A stretch of DNA of 64,000 bases from Cetorhinus maximus (GCF_964194155.1 NC_135887.1:16864001-16928000), one strand, 5' to 3'; numbered from the stretch's first letter, positions 1 to 12,600 are shown. A program made the numbers and translations. Notes: generated by a model not told the origin, from the letters alone.

Positions 1-1210
1 GTCTTTCAGACTCATGCTTGCAGACCCACTCTCTCTCACACACTCCCTCACACACTGTCCCTCGCACACTGTCCCTCGCACTGTTTGTCTTTCGCACTCT
101 CAAACACTCTCTCTTGGTGCCCCTCTCTCATGCTTACTCTCTCCCTTTTGCACTCTCTCTCTCGTGCTCGCTCCCTCTCTCGCACGCTCTCCTGCTCTTT
201 CTCATGCACTCTCACACATTCTCTCTCTCAAACTTTCTCTCGCACGCTCTCCCTCTCGTGCGCTCTCCCTCTCTCGCGCACTCCCCCTCCCGCCCTTGTG
301 CGCTCCCCCTCCTGCCCATAAGCGCTCTCTCTCATGCTATCTTTCTCACGCTCTTTCCCGTGCTTTCTCTTGCGTTCTTTCTCGTGCTCCTCTCTCACTC
401 TCCCTCTTTCTCATGTTCCCTCTCTCTCTCTCGGGCTCTCTCTCCTCTCTCTATCTTGTACTCTCTCCCTCTCTCTCTCTCGTGTTCTCTCCCCCTCTCT
501 CTCGTGCTCTCTCCCTCTCTCTCTCTCTCTCGTGCTCTCTCCCTCTCTCTCCCTCTCGCGCTCTTTCCCCCTCTCTCTCTCACGTTCCCTCTCTCTTGTG
601 CTCTCTCCCCTCTCTCTTGTGCTCTCTCCCCTCTCTCTTGTGCTCTCTCCCCCTCTCTCTCATGCTCTCTCCCTCTCTCTCTCTCTCATACTCTTTCCCC
701 CTCTCTCTCTCGCGTTCCCTCTCTCGCGCTCTCTCCCTCCCTCTCTCGCGCTCTCTCCCTCTCTCTCTTGTGCTCCCTCTCTCTCTCACGTGCTCTCCCT
801 CTCTCGCATGCTCTCTCTCTCTCTCTCGCACGCTCTCCCTCTCTCTCTCGCATGCTCTCCCTCTCTCTTGCGCTCTCCCTCTCTCTCTCTTGCGCTCTCC
901 ATCTCTCTCTCTTGCACTCTCCCTCTCTCTCTCGCATGCTCTCCCTCTCTCTCTCGCGTGCTGTCCCTCTCTCTCTCGCGTGCTGTCCCTCTCTCTCTTC
1001 CTCCCACTCACTCACTCTCTCTCCCATGCGCTCTCTCTCGCAGCCTCTCTTGCACTCTCTCTTTCACACTCACTTTCACTGTCTCTCACATTCACTCTCT
1101 CGCACACCACAACCAGTCCCCCTCTCTCTCTCTCTCACTCACTCTCACGTGCACTCATACACACCCTCTCTCACACCCATACATGATTTCTCTCTCACAT
1201 GGACACACAC
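1..1210. repeat. Degenerate (CT)n/(CTCTCG)-rich low-complexity tract
   Basis: Almost pure pyrimidine CT runs with interspersed cg/tg; produces spurious S/L-rich and R/E-rich ORFs. Confidence 0.95.
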
Positions 1211-1217
1211 ATACACC

Positions 1218-2313
1218 GGGCCGGTTTTTTAGGTTGGTGAGCGAGCACAATCGGTGGGCCCAGGATCAGCCGGGGAACAGAACGCTGACCACGATGGGCC
1301 ATTGACTGTGATTTGACGCTGGATGTCCAGTGAATGTCCAGCCAGCGTGAAGCACGTGCTGAAATGCTCAGCGCTGCCAGGGGTGGGGGTGGGGGCGGGA
1401 GCAGGGCGAGGCCTGAATGAAAGCTCCCTGAAGGCAGAGAGCTGCCTCAGGGAGCTGAAGACTTAAAAAGCATTAAATAAAGTTTTTAAAATCAGAGAAA
1501 AAGTGCCCACGCATCACAATCAGTCACCTGAACACATACATTATAAGAATACTGTCCATAGATTTTCATTCTTGTTTTAATTTACTAACGGAAACCTCAT
1601 CCCGCCCTTGGATGAGGCTTCACGAAAAATGCGAAGGCTGCCTGGCCGATTCGCCCGCCGGCCGACCGTAAGGCTGGACAGACCACGAGAAACCGGAGAC
1701 AATTGCATTACTTTAATTACATTAGCCGGCCTCTTAATTGTCAACAGGCGCACTTCCGACTTGTGCACCTGCCCGTCAGCCGAGATTGCACGGGGTGACG
1801 TCCTCGCGCTTGCCCGATGTCATCGCGCACTCACACGGTATTCCGGTCGGCGGGCGCGCCGGAGAATCGGCAGCGTTTCCCGCTGCCAGTCAGGAGGCCT
1901 ATTAAAAGTAGCAACTGAAGGCGAATTTTCACCTTTTGATGAAACCTCACCCACGGGCGGGATGAGGTTTCCGCTATTAATTTGAAAAAAATAAAACGTT
2001 TGGACAAAATTTTCATCGTTTATATTTTCACGTGAGCGAACCCGATGTGCGGGCAATTTTCCTGCAGTTTCGAATCTTTATCGGTGGGTTTAAAATACTT
2101 CAGCTCCCTGAGGCAGCTCTCTGCCTTCGGAGAGCTTTCGTGGCACGTTCCTCCCGCACCCATCCCAGCAGCGCTAAGCCTTTCACTGCGCGTTTCATGC
2201 CGGCCAGCCGGCTGTTGATTGGCCAGTCAGTGCGAAATCGCGATCGCGGTCAGCGGTCTATTCCCCGGCCGCTCCCAGGCCTGTCGATCGCAGCCGACCC
2301 GAAAATCCTGCCC
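1218..2313. mobile_element. ~1.1 kb palindromic (foldback) non-autonomous DNA transposon, PIF/Harbinger-like MITE
   Basis: Ends gggccggtttt / aaaatcctgccc; arms are reverse complements (1421-1460 vs 2098-2139; 1590-1621 vs 1941-1972), centre ~1810. Confidence 0.75.
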
Positions 2314-2450
2314 CTGGTCCCTGTCTGCACTCTGCGTGAGCACACACACACACGGATACATCTTCCAAATGTTAAGGTTGTACAAAAATAGTGCAGTTAA
2401 CTATTGTTATTCTCCAGTATGGAGTTCAGTATAGTTGTTGCAATTATGTT

Positions 2451-2730
2451 GTGATGTGGGCGTCACCGGCTGGGCCGACATTTGTTGCCCATCCCTAATT
2501 GCCCCTTGAGAAGGTGGTGGTGAGCTGCCTTCTTGAGCCGCTGCAGTCCCTGTGGTGTAGGTACACCCACAGTGCTGTTAGGGAGGGTTCCAGGATTTTG
2601 ACCCAGTGACAGTGAAGGAACAGCCGATATATTTCCAAACCGGGATGGTGAGTGGCTTGGAGGGGAACCTCCAGGTGGTGGTGTTCCCATGCACCTTCTG
2701 CCCTTGGTCCCTCTAGATGGTAAAGGTTGG
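2451..2730 (-). mobile_element. 3' end of a CR1/L2-group LINE (family A)
   Basis: Minus-strand peptide LPNSTVGVPTPQGLQRLKKAAHHHLLKG plus tail gggcaattagggatgggcaa, shared with copies at 25.5, 36.7 and 59.9 kb. Confidence 0.8.
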
Positions 2731-3600
2731 ACTGGAGCTGATGGGAAGAAGCAGAATACAGGCCAGAGGGTAAGGCTGGGCACTGGAACTGGTGCAGGCT
2801 GGTATAAACCAACAAGACAGGGCTCAAACAAACAGGCAGAGAGACAGAGGGCATCTGGACAATGAAGGGCACAGAGAGGCCAGCGTATCAGGACCCAGGT
2901 GAGGAGAGGCAGGACACCAGGATGCAGACAGATAGAGAGAGACAGAACCTCACCCTGGCTGCTGCCTGCTGTGAACTTCAGTTAGGAGATGCCAGATATT
3001 TGCTTTGTAAACACAAACAGATTAACAGTACTGAAGCTTTAATCGTCTTAGTCTGGTGTTTCAACATGGAACAGAATGAGCTGTGATCGAGCTGTGAAAC
3101 TCTCCTTCCACACTGAACAAGCAAGCTATAATTAAAGGCACAGTATGGCTAATGTGATCAATATGGCCCTATTTACCCTTATCTGTGAACATAGCCACAC
3201 AGACCTTACACTGCAACAGTGACTGTGCTTGAAAAATACTTCATCAGCTGTAAAGTGTTTCGGGGCATCCGAAGGTGCTATATGAATGCAGGTTTGTTTT
3301 ATATGTGTGTCCCGAGTTTGGCAAGATCAGGTCAAACTCTGTAAGCCAAAATGATCAGGACAAGCAGTGACCACTAAAACCAGATTCTACCGTATGCGAT
3401 TGGTGTAGATGTCGGTCGAATTGTTCCCTCCTCAGCCTGGAGTAATGATGTGCGGCTGATCACTGAGCTCCCCACGATAGTCCGAGTCCATAGCCTGCTG
3501 ACGGGGGTTGTGTCCTCAAGACTGCTGCAGAGTCACCATCTATTGGTGATAGGTTGATTTGTCCCCCCAACCCCTGGTTTCCCCTTTCACCTCGGCCTCA

Positions 3601-4325
3601 GCAACAACTTGCATTTACATAGGGCCCTTCAACACAGTAAAACATAGCTCGGTCTTTCACAGGAGCCAAATTGGTGAAAATTTAACGCTGAGCCAAAATA
3701 AGGCGGCGTTAGGGCTGGTGATCAAAAGCTTGGTCAAAGAGGTCATTTTTAAGGACCGTCTTAAAGAAGGAGTAAGAGATTTAGGTCTGGAGAGCCAGTG
3801 CTTTGGCAGCTGAAGGCATGGCCACCAATGGTGGAGCAGTGGAAATCAGTGATGCGCAGGGAGAGCGGAAATGGAGGAGTGCAGGTATCTCGGAGGGTCG
3901 TAGGGCTGGAGGCCTTCGCAAGGTAACACCCGCACTGAGGGGATTGGTTTGACTTTAAGAGAGGCGAGCATAAACTTTCCACTGCATACAGCGTCAAGAG
4001 AGCAATTGCAGAAGTTGCACCAAGGGCAGATAGGCGATGTCAGAGATAAGATGGGGGTGAGGCCATGGAGGGGATTTGAAAACAAGGATGAGAATTTTAA
4101 AATCACCGCACGTAGAGAAATAGATCAGCCATGATCTTAATGAATGGTAGAGCAGGCCCGAGGGGCCGAATGGCCTACTCCTGCTTCTATTCTGTATTGT
4201 TCGTATTGCTCAGCGCAGGTCAGTGAGCACAGGGGTGATTGGAGGGCGGAGATCTCCGCGGACTGTAGAGCTGAGAATTTTAAAATCAAATTGTTGCCAG
4301 ACCGGAAGGCAATGTAGGTCAGCAA
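3601..4325 (-). mobile_element. L2 LINE 3' fragment, interrupted by a ~120-bp insert and a CR1 tail
   Basis: caacaacttgcattta tail, aaaagcttggtcaaagagg, gaggccatggagg..aacaaggatgagaattttaaa motifs shared with other L2 copies. Confidence 0.75.
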
Positions 4326-4704
4326 GGAACCTTCAGCCTGCTGCTCTAATGAGGCGCTAGCCTGATTGTGAGGCTCTGCTCCCATTAAAATAACTAATAG
4401 AGAAACGCACACTTTAATGTCTTAAGTACTCATCTGCTAAATATCACCAGCAGTAAGATACCGCCTATCTCCCCTTGGTGCAACTTCTGCAATTGCTCTC
4501 CTGGTGCTCTATGCTGCGGAAAGTTAATGCTCTCCTCTCTTAAAGTCAAACAGATCCCCTCAGAGTGGGCGCTACCTGGCAAAGACCCCATGCAGAGGTT
4601 TGACTTGGGTCCTCCCCATTTTACTGGACAATGTAGTTAATGCTTGTTTGGGGGCGGAGCGGGGGGGTCCAAAACCAGGGCCCATTTGTAGAAGTTGGTC
4701 AAGC

Positions 4705-4980
4705 TGGTCACCAATAAATCCAGTTGGGAATTCAGGACAAAGCTGCTTTATCCAGAGAGTGGTTGGAATGTGGAACTTGCTGCCATAAGGAGTGTTTGAG
4801 GTGAGAACCGTTGAGGATTTTAAGGGGAAGCTAGATAAACAGGCGAGAAGCAGGAGGATATGCTGACTGGGTGAGACGATGCAGGGTTGGAGGAGGCTCG
4901 TGTGAAGCATAAACACCAGCATCGACTTGTTGGGCCGAATGGCCTGTTTCTGTGCTGTTAGTTTTATGTCCGTTTTATGT
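4705..4980 (+). mobile_element. CR1 (HER1-type) LINE 3' fragment
   Basis: FIQRVVGMWNLLP motif and gggccgaatggcctgtttctgtgctg tail. Confidence 0.75.
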
Positions 4981-5674
4981 AAAATCTTGAGCAGCTTGGC
5001 AAGTGTAGGAATTCACAGCATTTATCGTGGGATGTTGCATCAAAGCACCTTTTCCCCATCATCCGCTGTTTCCTTTGATGCGGAGGGTTTCGTGTAGGAC
5101 AATGAAGGCAGCAGCAGAATGTGTCTGAGCTTGACAGAATGATAACATCTCACCTCTCGCTGAAGATCGAATCTATTTGCCAGTGGAATTATGGAGCTTG
5201 GACCATTAGGTGGAAAATCTGGTCAGTTCTTTCCTTCTGACCATTTTTTGATGAGACGGGCTCTGGTAAGTATGGGCGCAAGGGTCAATCCAATAACTTG
5301 ATAGCAAATTCCACTTCCTGAGCACCTACAAACCTCAAGGGGCAGTTCAGATGCAGAACGTGAATGGGCCCCAGCTGTTGCCAGGTCAGGCAGATGAGAG
5401 CTGCCCAGCTGTGCTGGTTGAGGGATCACGTGGCTCCTTCAGCTGTCTTTAGATCAGCATCTTTGTGGGCCCTGGATCTGCTCACAAAGCTCACTGGCAA
5501 GGGCGTGCTCAAGCGAAATATGGGATGTGTGGCTTGTTGACTCATCATCGTCCTCTGGACAAGTATTCGCTGCTCCAGACTTACTCCGGCAACTCACCGC
5601 TGTGCCATGTAGGAGCTTGTGAAAGTGGCTTTAGATCCAGACGCCAAACGTGAGATCCACCAGCCTGCAGAATT

Positions 5675-5975
5675 GTAGCCCTACAAATCTTCAGCCCCTC
5701 GGCCCTCCGAGACCTCTGCACTCCTATGATCCTGGCCTCTTGCACGCCCCCGATTTCCGCCGCTCCATCATTGGATGGCCTTATCTTCAGCTGCCTGGGC
5801 CTTAGGCTCCGGGAAATCCCCCCTCAAAACCTCTCTGCCTCACCTTTCGAAATGCCCCGTAAAACCTACCTCTTTGACCGAGCTTTTGGTCACCTGTCCT
5901 AATATCTTCTTAGGCCTCTGTGCTAAATTATGACTTTTACTACATTAATGGTGTTGCGTAAATGCACGTTGATGT
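5675..5975 (+). mobile_element. L2 LINE 3' fragment
   Basis: aaaacctacctctttgaccgagcttttggtcacctgtcctaatatc L2 tail motif. Confidence 0.75.
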
Positions 5976-6277
5976 CAGATGAAATTTTTGAATGAGTGCT
6001 CCCAGCATGGGGCCTCCACGTGGCGGGAGTCCGGCAATTAGAGACACCAGACCGGAAAATCCAACACCCTCTTTCTTTTCCCCCTCGGTGATCTTAAACA
6101 TAAAAGGCTGCATTTCTCTCTTTTCACTGCTCCCAGTGTTGAGCACCACCGAGAGTGCAAAAATAAAATCCTAAAGACTTGCTCCAAAATCTGTGCTAAT
6201 TTTAGAGGCAATTGCCAGATATTCTCTCGAGTTTTCACTGACTGCTAATTGGATGTAGGAGCTGAGGAGTTTATACT

Positions 6278-6540
6278 GCTGTTGCCAATTCTCCAGGATT
6301 GTCCTGGAGCCTTTGGGAACTCAAGATTACTCAACTGGGTTCTGCAGTGAGCAAACACAGGGAGCATAAAAAACAAAAAATCACCAGGCCACTTGACATA
6401 ATTGTATTTTGTTTTATTAGTTACAAAAATATTGGCGATGGGCAGTTTAAAAAAAAGAAACAGCTGTTTGACTGGCAGGGCGGGGGAGAGCACTTTTGAC
6501 GATACCTCCAGGAATACATGCGGCCAGGGTTGGCAACCCA
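6278..6540. mobile_element. Short TIR element (gggttgccaa/ttggcaaccc), probably a hAT-type MITE
   Basis: tgttgccaatt...gggttggcaaccc ends; related copies at 37556-37923 and ~36400-37383; no clear TSD. Confidence 0.5.
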
Positions 6541-6684
6541 TGTTACAGCAGCCGATAAATTCGGTTCCATTAACCTGGTCGTTTGTGGGCTCGCACCCGG
6601 AAAAAAAAGCAACGGTGAAAGCTGCCAGGCTCTCATCTATTTAAAAACAAAAACCCCAACAAATTCACTGATGTCTTTTAGTTT

Positions 6685-7180
6685 TGGGCATTGCACCACA
6701 GGAAGGGTATATTGGTCTTGTAAAGGGTGCAGCGCAGATTTACCAGAATGATGCCAAGGGTTTGAAGGGTTAACCTACGCATGAACTTGGCTTGTACTCC
6801 CTTGGGTTTAAAGGGCCGTGGGGGGTGACCCGATCGAGGTGTTTAAAATGGCGAAAGGACTCCATAAGGTAGTTCTGGAGAAACTGTCTCCTTTGGTGGG
6901 GGACGTCCAGATCAAGCGGGCAAAAGCTGAAAATGAGAGCCGTGGCCGTTTAGGAGTGAAGTCAGGACGCACTTTCCTCAAGAAGGGGAGCAGGAGAGTG
7001 GGATTCTCTCCTGCAAAAGGTCAATTGAAATGTCAAAGACTAAAATTGATAGATTTTTGTTAAGAAAGGCTCTTAAGGGGTGTGGGCCAAAGACGGGTAA
7101 ATGGAGATCCGTCACTCACCTAACTGAAAGGCCGAACAGGGTCAAGGGGCTGGTTGGCCTCCTCCTGTTGTTAGTGTTCG
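6685..7180 (+). mobile_element. CR1 LINE 3' fragment (decayed ORF2 end)
   Basis: GDPIEVFKMAKGL..LSPLVG motif followed by a degenerate CR1 tail. Confidence 0.75.
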
Positions 7181-8291
7181 GTGGAAGGGAAGCTGCTACT
7201 TTTACTCTGTCTGGGTTACCTGTAGCTCCCAGTTCCTTCTAGGTCGATTGCCAGCACCCTCGGGCCATTAACAGTGTCACCCCAGAGCAATTAACAACAA
7301 AAGGAAAAGACAAATCTGAGGACATTTATTTTGGTTTAAAAGCATGGCTTCTTTCTCTTCCCACAACTCGTGGCATGCGGCACTTGCCTCAGATTCATGC
7401 TCGGCGGCAAGGGTAGCATCGCCGAGTCTCGGAAATTAAAAGTGGAGAGTACGAAAAGGTTCGAGTTAAATGTAACAAGCTTTTTTTTCCCTTAAAACCA
7501 TGAAAAATTAATAACCCATTAAATGAGCGTTGAATTATTAATCCACACCATCAAATGTCTGCTAAGATGGCACGTTCAGCCTGCATGCCTTCTCTTTTAT
7601 TTCGGTCCCATTAAGAATTACTCTGTCAAATCACACTTAACCTTTCAAGCTCTGAATCACCAGTTGCCCCGCAGTGTAACCCCGGACTTGTGTTGAGCGT
7701 GCCCCCTTGGGCATTGGGGATGGCTGACAGCAGCATTGGTCCGGGTGGTGTCACTCCTGGGATTCTGTGGAGGCATGATACTATTGGCAGTCCATCCTTT
7801 CTCCCCTCCGCCCCCCATTCCCTGCCCGCTCACTCAGCCACAGTGCTCAGCTGCACCCCCTTTACATCTGATTCGCCCAGGCGCCCCTTATCACCAGCCA
7901 CTCAGTGCCTCGGGCAGCTATATGGGAAGAGCTGGGAGAGCACCTGAGACAGTTCTGGGATTGAACATTGAGAAGGAGTTCCATAGCCATGCAACAATTA
8001 AACTCCAAGTGACCCAGACTTGCGAAAGTACAGCAACAGTTCATCTTGTCGCTAGATATGTAATTATTGACAAATCTTCCATGGAATTGCTCAGAGCAAA
8101 TTGATATTGCTTGTCAGGACAAGAATCTTATGGTGTGTAATGCACATTGTATTTTGCTAAAGTGGGTCTTTAAAGAAACAAAAGCTCAAATTTAACCTAA
8201 ACGTCCCTCCCCAGAGAGAATAGGGTGGGTTCAGGTTAGGCACTCCATTTACACCCTCGTCTTAAAAGCAGGCAGAGTCTAAATCTGTATT

Positions 8292-8505
8292 TTAGTGAGG
8301 TTGATGAGGGATAAGTATTGCTCAGGGCACTATGACAAGCTCCCTTGTTCTTAATTGAAATTGTGCCATAGGATCTTGTGGGCCCTCCTAAGGGCACGAA
8401 TGGGGCTTCGATTTAACGTTCCATCCAGAAGTTGACCTCTCTTGCTGGAGTGGGACTTAAACCTATGACGTTCTGACTCCGAGGCGAGAGCGCGCTACCC
8501 AGCAG
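8292..8505 (-). mobile_element. DeuSINE (SacSINE1/AmnSINE1-like) fragment
   Basis: gagggataagtattg...tgccataggatctt Deu-domain motifs plus reverse tRNA head ggagtgggacttaaacc. Confidence 0.65.
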
Positions 8506-9613
8506 CCTCTGATGAGGGGAACTGAGTGCCCTCAGTAGAGTTTAAATCTAACCACATCCCTTTACCGAAAGCAACGTTTTTCCCCCCACGTTGCTACCTA
8601 AATTATTTGTAGGGAAAACTTTCGCAAAACGAATGCTTGGTTGTCACGGTATTGGAGGAACTTGACTGTTGCAGGGGTCCAACATCAACAGGCTCCCAAA
8701 AGGGTTAAGTTTGTGGAAGGGTAGTGATGGGGAAAAGAGAGTCCGCTTCTTCCCCGCGTGCCTCCGTCATCCCAATCCAGTTTCAGGAGCGTCCATTTTC
8801 TGTCCTTTCCCTTTTCCAAATGTCCTGCACTCCTTGCTGAATCATTGATCCATCCAACTCCTTTTTAAACTTCAGATGAGTCATCTGTTCTAGCTAGCAG
8901 TGTGTTCTATAAATAACCCATGATGAATCACTCCAATCTCGGAGAAGACTTTCACTGTAGTAAAACCATTAGCGCGTTCTCTTTAAACATGCTTACAATT
9001 TTGCTATATTTAGTCCTTCCCCCATTGCGTCTTCTCCTTTACCTCTACTGGGTTCGCCCGAGATATTTCCACCAGGTTGATTTTATCGCCTTCTTGAGAT
9101 TACAAAAAGTCACAAGGAGGTGTAAGCAAGCCATGCAGGCGAGAAAGACTCCAGAGCCAGTTTCTGACCTGTGCTGAGCTAGGGATGGTACAATCAGCCT
9201 TGGAGGTCACCAGATTAGGGGAGCACAAAATCGGCCTCTTTCCCTTTCGACTGCCACCTGGTTGCTGCTTGTACTGGAAGGTGTGTGTGGACTGAAATTC
9301 AGGTAAGCACAGGGTTGAGGTTCAACACATGACAAATGACCATCGGCTGCCGTAGTGCAGCTGGCAGCGACCGGCAGTGGCCTTCAGAAGTGGAGGGACA
9401 AAACTTCCTCAAAATAAGTGTAAACGTGCGCCCTCCCTGTTTGTTTTACCTGAGTTTTTAGCTTCGTTACGCTTGCCTTGGAGTAACCCCGGTACAGTGA
9501 GTGTAATACAAGGATATGACTGCGATCACACTAAGATACACACACCAGTCACAATCTGCTCTAACCTGACATCTTTCTTTCTCTCCCCCTTTTTTTAAAA
9601 TATTGTTTTAAAG

Positions 9614-9688
9614 GTTACCCAAACTTTGTTGCAACGTACGGCCGTGGATACCCAGGATTCGCACCAAGCTACAGCTACCAGTTCCCAG
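9614..9688 (+). CDS. MSI2: Musashi-2 internal coding exon (75 nt, phase 1-1), post-RRM2 region
   Basis: ttttaaag|GTTACCCA...TTCCCAG|gtatgt with upstream ctaac branch-like motif and pyrimidine tract; encodes (G)[24 protein letters not shown](G), nearly identical to vertebrate MSI2 [26 protein letters not shown] and unlike MSI1. Confidence 0.97.
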
Positions 9689-11857
9689 GTATGTGGACCC
9701 TTGATTCTATCTCGCACCAGCCCCTAATCCTTCCATTCCCCCGACCCCCGTCGCCATGTTAAAAAGTGCGTAACAAAACCACGGCGCTCCCTCCCTACAA
9801 GGTTTCGTGGTTTCATTCCAGCTCCCAAAATGAGCCTCTTCTGGTTATTTGTAAACCATTATGTGGTAAAATGTGGGAACTAAAAAAAATCTTCTTTCAG
9901 TTTGAGGTTCTGTTTCAGATCGCTGGCATTTCTGGCCGAGAGAGTGGGGCAAATAACTTACTACTCCTCCCCACCACCCAGGCTTCTCTCCCCCCCCCAC
10001 CCCCACTCAGTTTGTCTCTGACCCTTCCCCTTGCCATTCTTACCATGGCACGTTTGTGATTTAGGACCATCTGTGTGATCCCAGGTTGAAGCCGCATGTC
10101 CTTCCTCTTGTAAAATACAATTTTTATCGGGACGTTGGCATCACTGGCAAGGTTGGCATTTATTGCCCATACCTCATTGCCCTGAGAGTGTGGTAGTTCA
10201 TCAAGCCAACTCAGAGGGCAGCAGCTAAGAGTCCGCCACATCTGCAGTGGAACTGGTGTCCCATATAGACCAAACCAGTTAATGGCAGCAAATTTCTTTC
10301 CCTAAAGCTCCTTAGAAGATCACCTTCGAAGCCCTGACACATCACGCAGCCAAGGCACAGACCAGTCACGAGTATGTTGGCTGTCTAGTCATGTTCTCAT
10401 TCTTACAGCCATTCTCCCACTACTAAGGCATCAGCAAGTCCAGGGAAGAGAAACACATTCCTGATTGAGGAACGCTCGAGGGGCCAAATGGCCTACTCCC
10501 GCTCCTGTTTCTTATGTTCTTAACCCAAATTTGGGACCTGCTGTTCCCCATTCACTTCCATTGTGTAGAATTCCAATGTTTCCATCCATTTGCATTGTGC
10601 AGAATTCCTAATGGAATGCATAACACTCACCTGCCAAGTTCTCCGATATCTCTTCCATCAATGCTTACCATACCCAGTCCACAACCACTGTCACCTCGAG
10701 GCAGCTGTGTACTTTAGGCTTTTAATCACGGCGTGTATGTTTTCTGATAACGTGTTAGTTTGGAATGAGTGATTAAATGACCATGTCGCACAGAGAGACA
10801 TGCAGTCTGCTTATTTTTATCTGCAATTTAAGGATATCGTAATCTAATCAGGACAATTCTTGGGCAAAGGTGTGACGTGTTTATTAGGATTTGGCAGGGG
10901 TGGGGGGGGGTGGCGGCGAGACCGAAGTCATTTTGTAATAAGCATTTTCGCCTTTTGAAACTACGTACATTAGTTGGGGTTTGGAACGGCAGAGTCAAGG
11001 TAAAGGGGGACCTTTACCTGAAAATCAAATCCTACTTCACTGCGCAAGTTCCTAGCTCACTGTAGGCTGTTGTATATTTTGGAGGATGATTATTCTGTCC
11101 CTAGCGATATGACTAGATGCCAAATTCACAAAATCATTAATGAGAAAAAGTGTTATTCTGTGAACTCACACATCGAATGTTCAATAATGTTAGCAGTGGG
11201 GTCACTCAGACTATCCCATCAGCTCAGTGATGCTATCCGGCTGTAACTATTTGCAAAGCCCATTAACTTTTGGCTCCTAGACTATTCTATGGTTGCATAA
11301 ATTGTTCAACTCTTAAGCTTTGTAGTCACCACCCCACCTCTTTACAAATTTCTGTTTGAACCCGTGTGGTGCCCATTAGCATTTAATGGGAATGATGAAC
11401 CACACTTGGGAAAGACGAAGTAAAACGTATCTGATTGTGTCAATGGTAGCTGATTGGAGGATCTCTCTCTCTCCTCCCCCCCCCCAACTTTCTGGGTATA
11501 AGTGCCACAGCTAGTCAATGGCTTGACAGTCCTTTGTGGTGAGAAGTGGTTAGCAGAGTGCTGTCACAGATGATTTGAGCTGAGGGGGTTAACTTACGTC
11601 GATGCAGTCAGCCGACTGCCGAGTCTAGCAGGGTACCGGTGAAGTCTGTAACGTTGAATGTAAGATGGTCTGGGGCCAAGCTTTCTGGCCACAGCAGCAG
11701 CTCTGTGTAAATACAGTGGGATTGGAATAGACAAGATGTGTTGTGCGATGAGCCTGTGAAGATTACTTGCTTCCTATAATTGGCTCTCCCCTTTCCACAG
11801 TGTGCAGCAGGTTTCACTTTGCCATTTGGCACACACATTGGGCCCTTTTATAGGTCA

Positions 11858-12015
11858 CATAAGAACATAAGAAACAGGAGCAGGTGTAGGCCATTCGGCC
11901 CCTCAAGCCTGTCCCGCCAGTCAATAAGATCATGGCTGATCTGCCCCAGGCCTCAACTCTTCTTTTGTGCCAGCTTCCTCATAGCCCTCAACTCCCCGAT
12001 ATTTCAAAAAATCTA
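11858..12015 (-). mobile_element. CR1 LINE 3' tail
   Basis: cataagaacataagaaacaggagcaggtgtaggccattcggcccctc = reverse CR1 tail. Confidence 0.85.
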
Positions 12016-12142
12016 ATAAGAATTAGATTATTATTATTTGTGCTGCGTAGAAAGCCAGCATCAACTAACGTTGGCTGTTCAACCAGTTGGATTGTTTGGT
12101 TGTTTAGTGACCATCCTATTAGAGTACGGCTACCTAAATTCA

Positions 12143-12600
12143 GTGGAGTTTAGAAGAATGAGAGGTAATACTATTAAAACATATAAGATTCTGAGAGGGC
12201 TTGACTGGGTAGGTGCTGAGAGGATGTTTCCCCTCAAGGGGGATCCTAGTACGAGGGGACACAGTTTCAAAATAAGAGGCCTCCTATTTAAGACCGAGAT
12301 GAGGAGGAATTTCTTCTCTCAGACGGTCGCCAGTGTTTTGAATTCTCTTTCCCAGAGGGCATTGGAGGCAGGGTCACTGGATATATTCGAGGCTGAGTTG
12401 GACAGATATTTGCTCGATAGGGGAGTCGAGGGTTATGGGGTTGCGGGGTTGGGGGGTGGGGTGGTGGGGGAGGGTTGCGGTTGGCGGGGCAGACAAGACA
12501 GTGGAGTTAAGGCCACAATCAGATCAGCCATGACCTTACTGAATGGCGGTGCAGGCTTGAGGGGCAGAATGGCCTACTCCTCCTATTTCTTATGTTCTCA
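12143..12600 (+). mobile_element. CR1 (HER1-type) LINE 3' end
   Basis: EFRRMRGNTIKTYKILRGLD..RRNFFSQTVASVLNSL ORF2 C-terminus plus ttcttatgttct tail. Confidence 0.9.

Noticed and set aside
14-1305. Long ORFs of 320-400 aa
   Set aside because: Translations of a CT microsatellite; open in all frames only because stops are absent
7360-7730. ttcatgctcggc and ttgggcattggggatggctg as the upstream MSI2 exon (DAFMLGMGML)
   Set aside because: No continuous frame or splice sites; the real exon must lie upstream of the window
9919-9956. Acceptor tttcag followed by phase-1 DRWHFWPREWGK*
   Set aside because: No homology I recognise; chance acceptor
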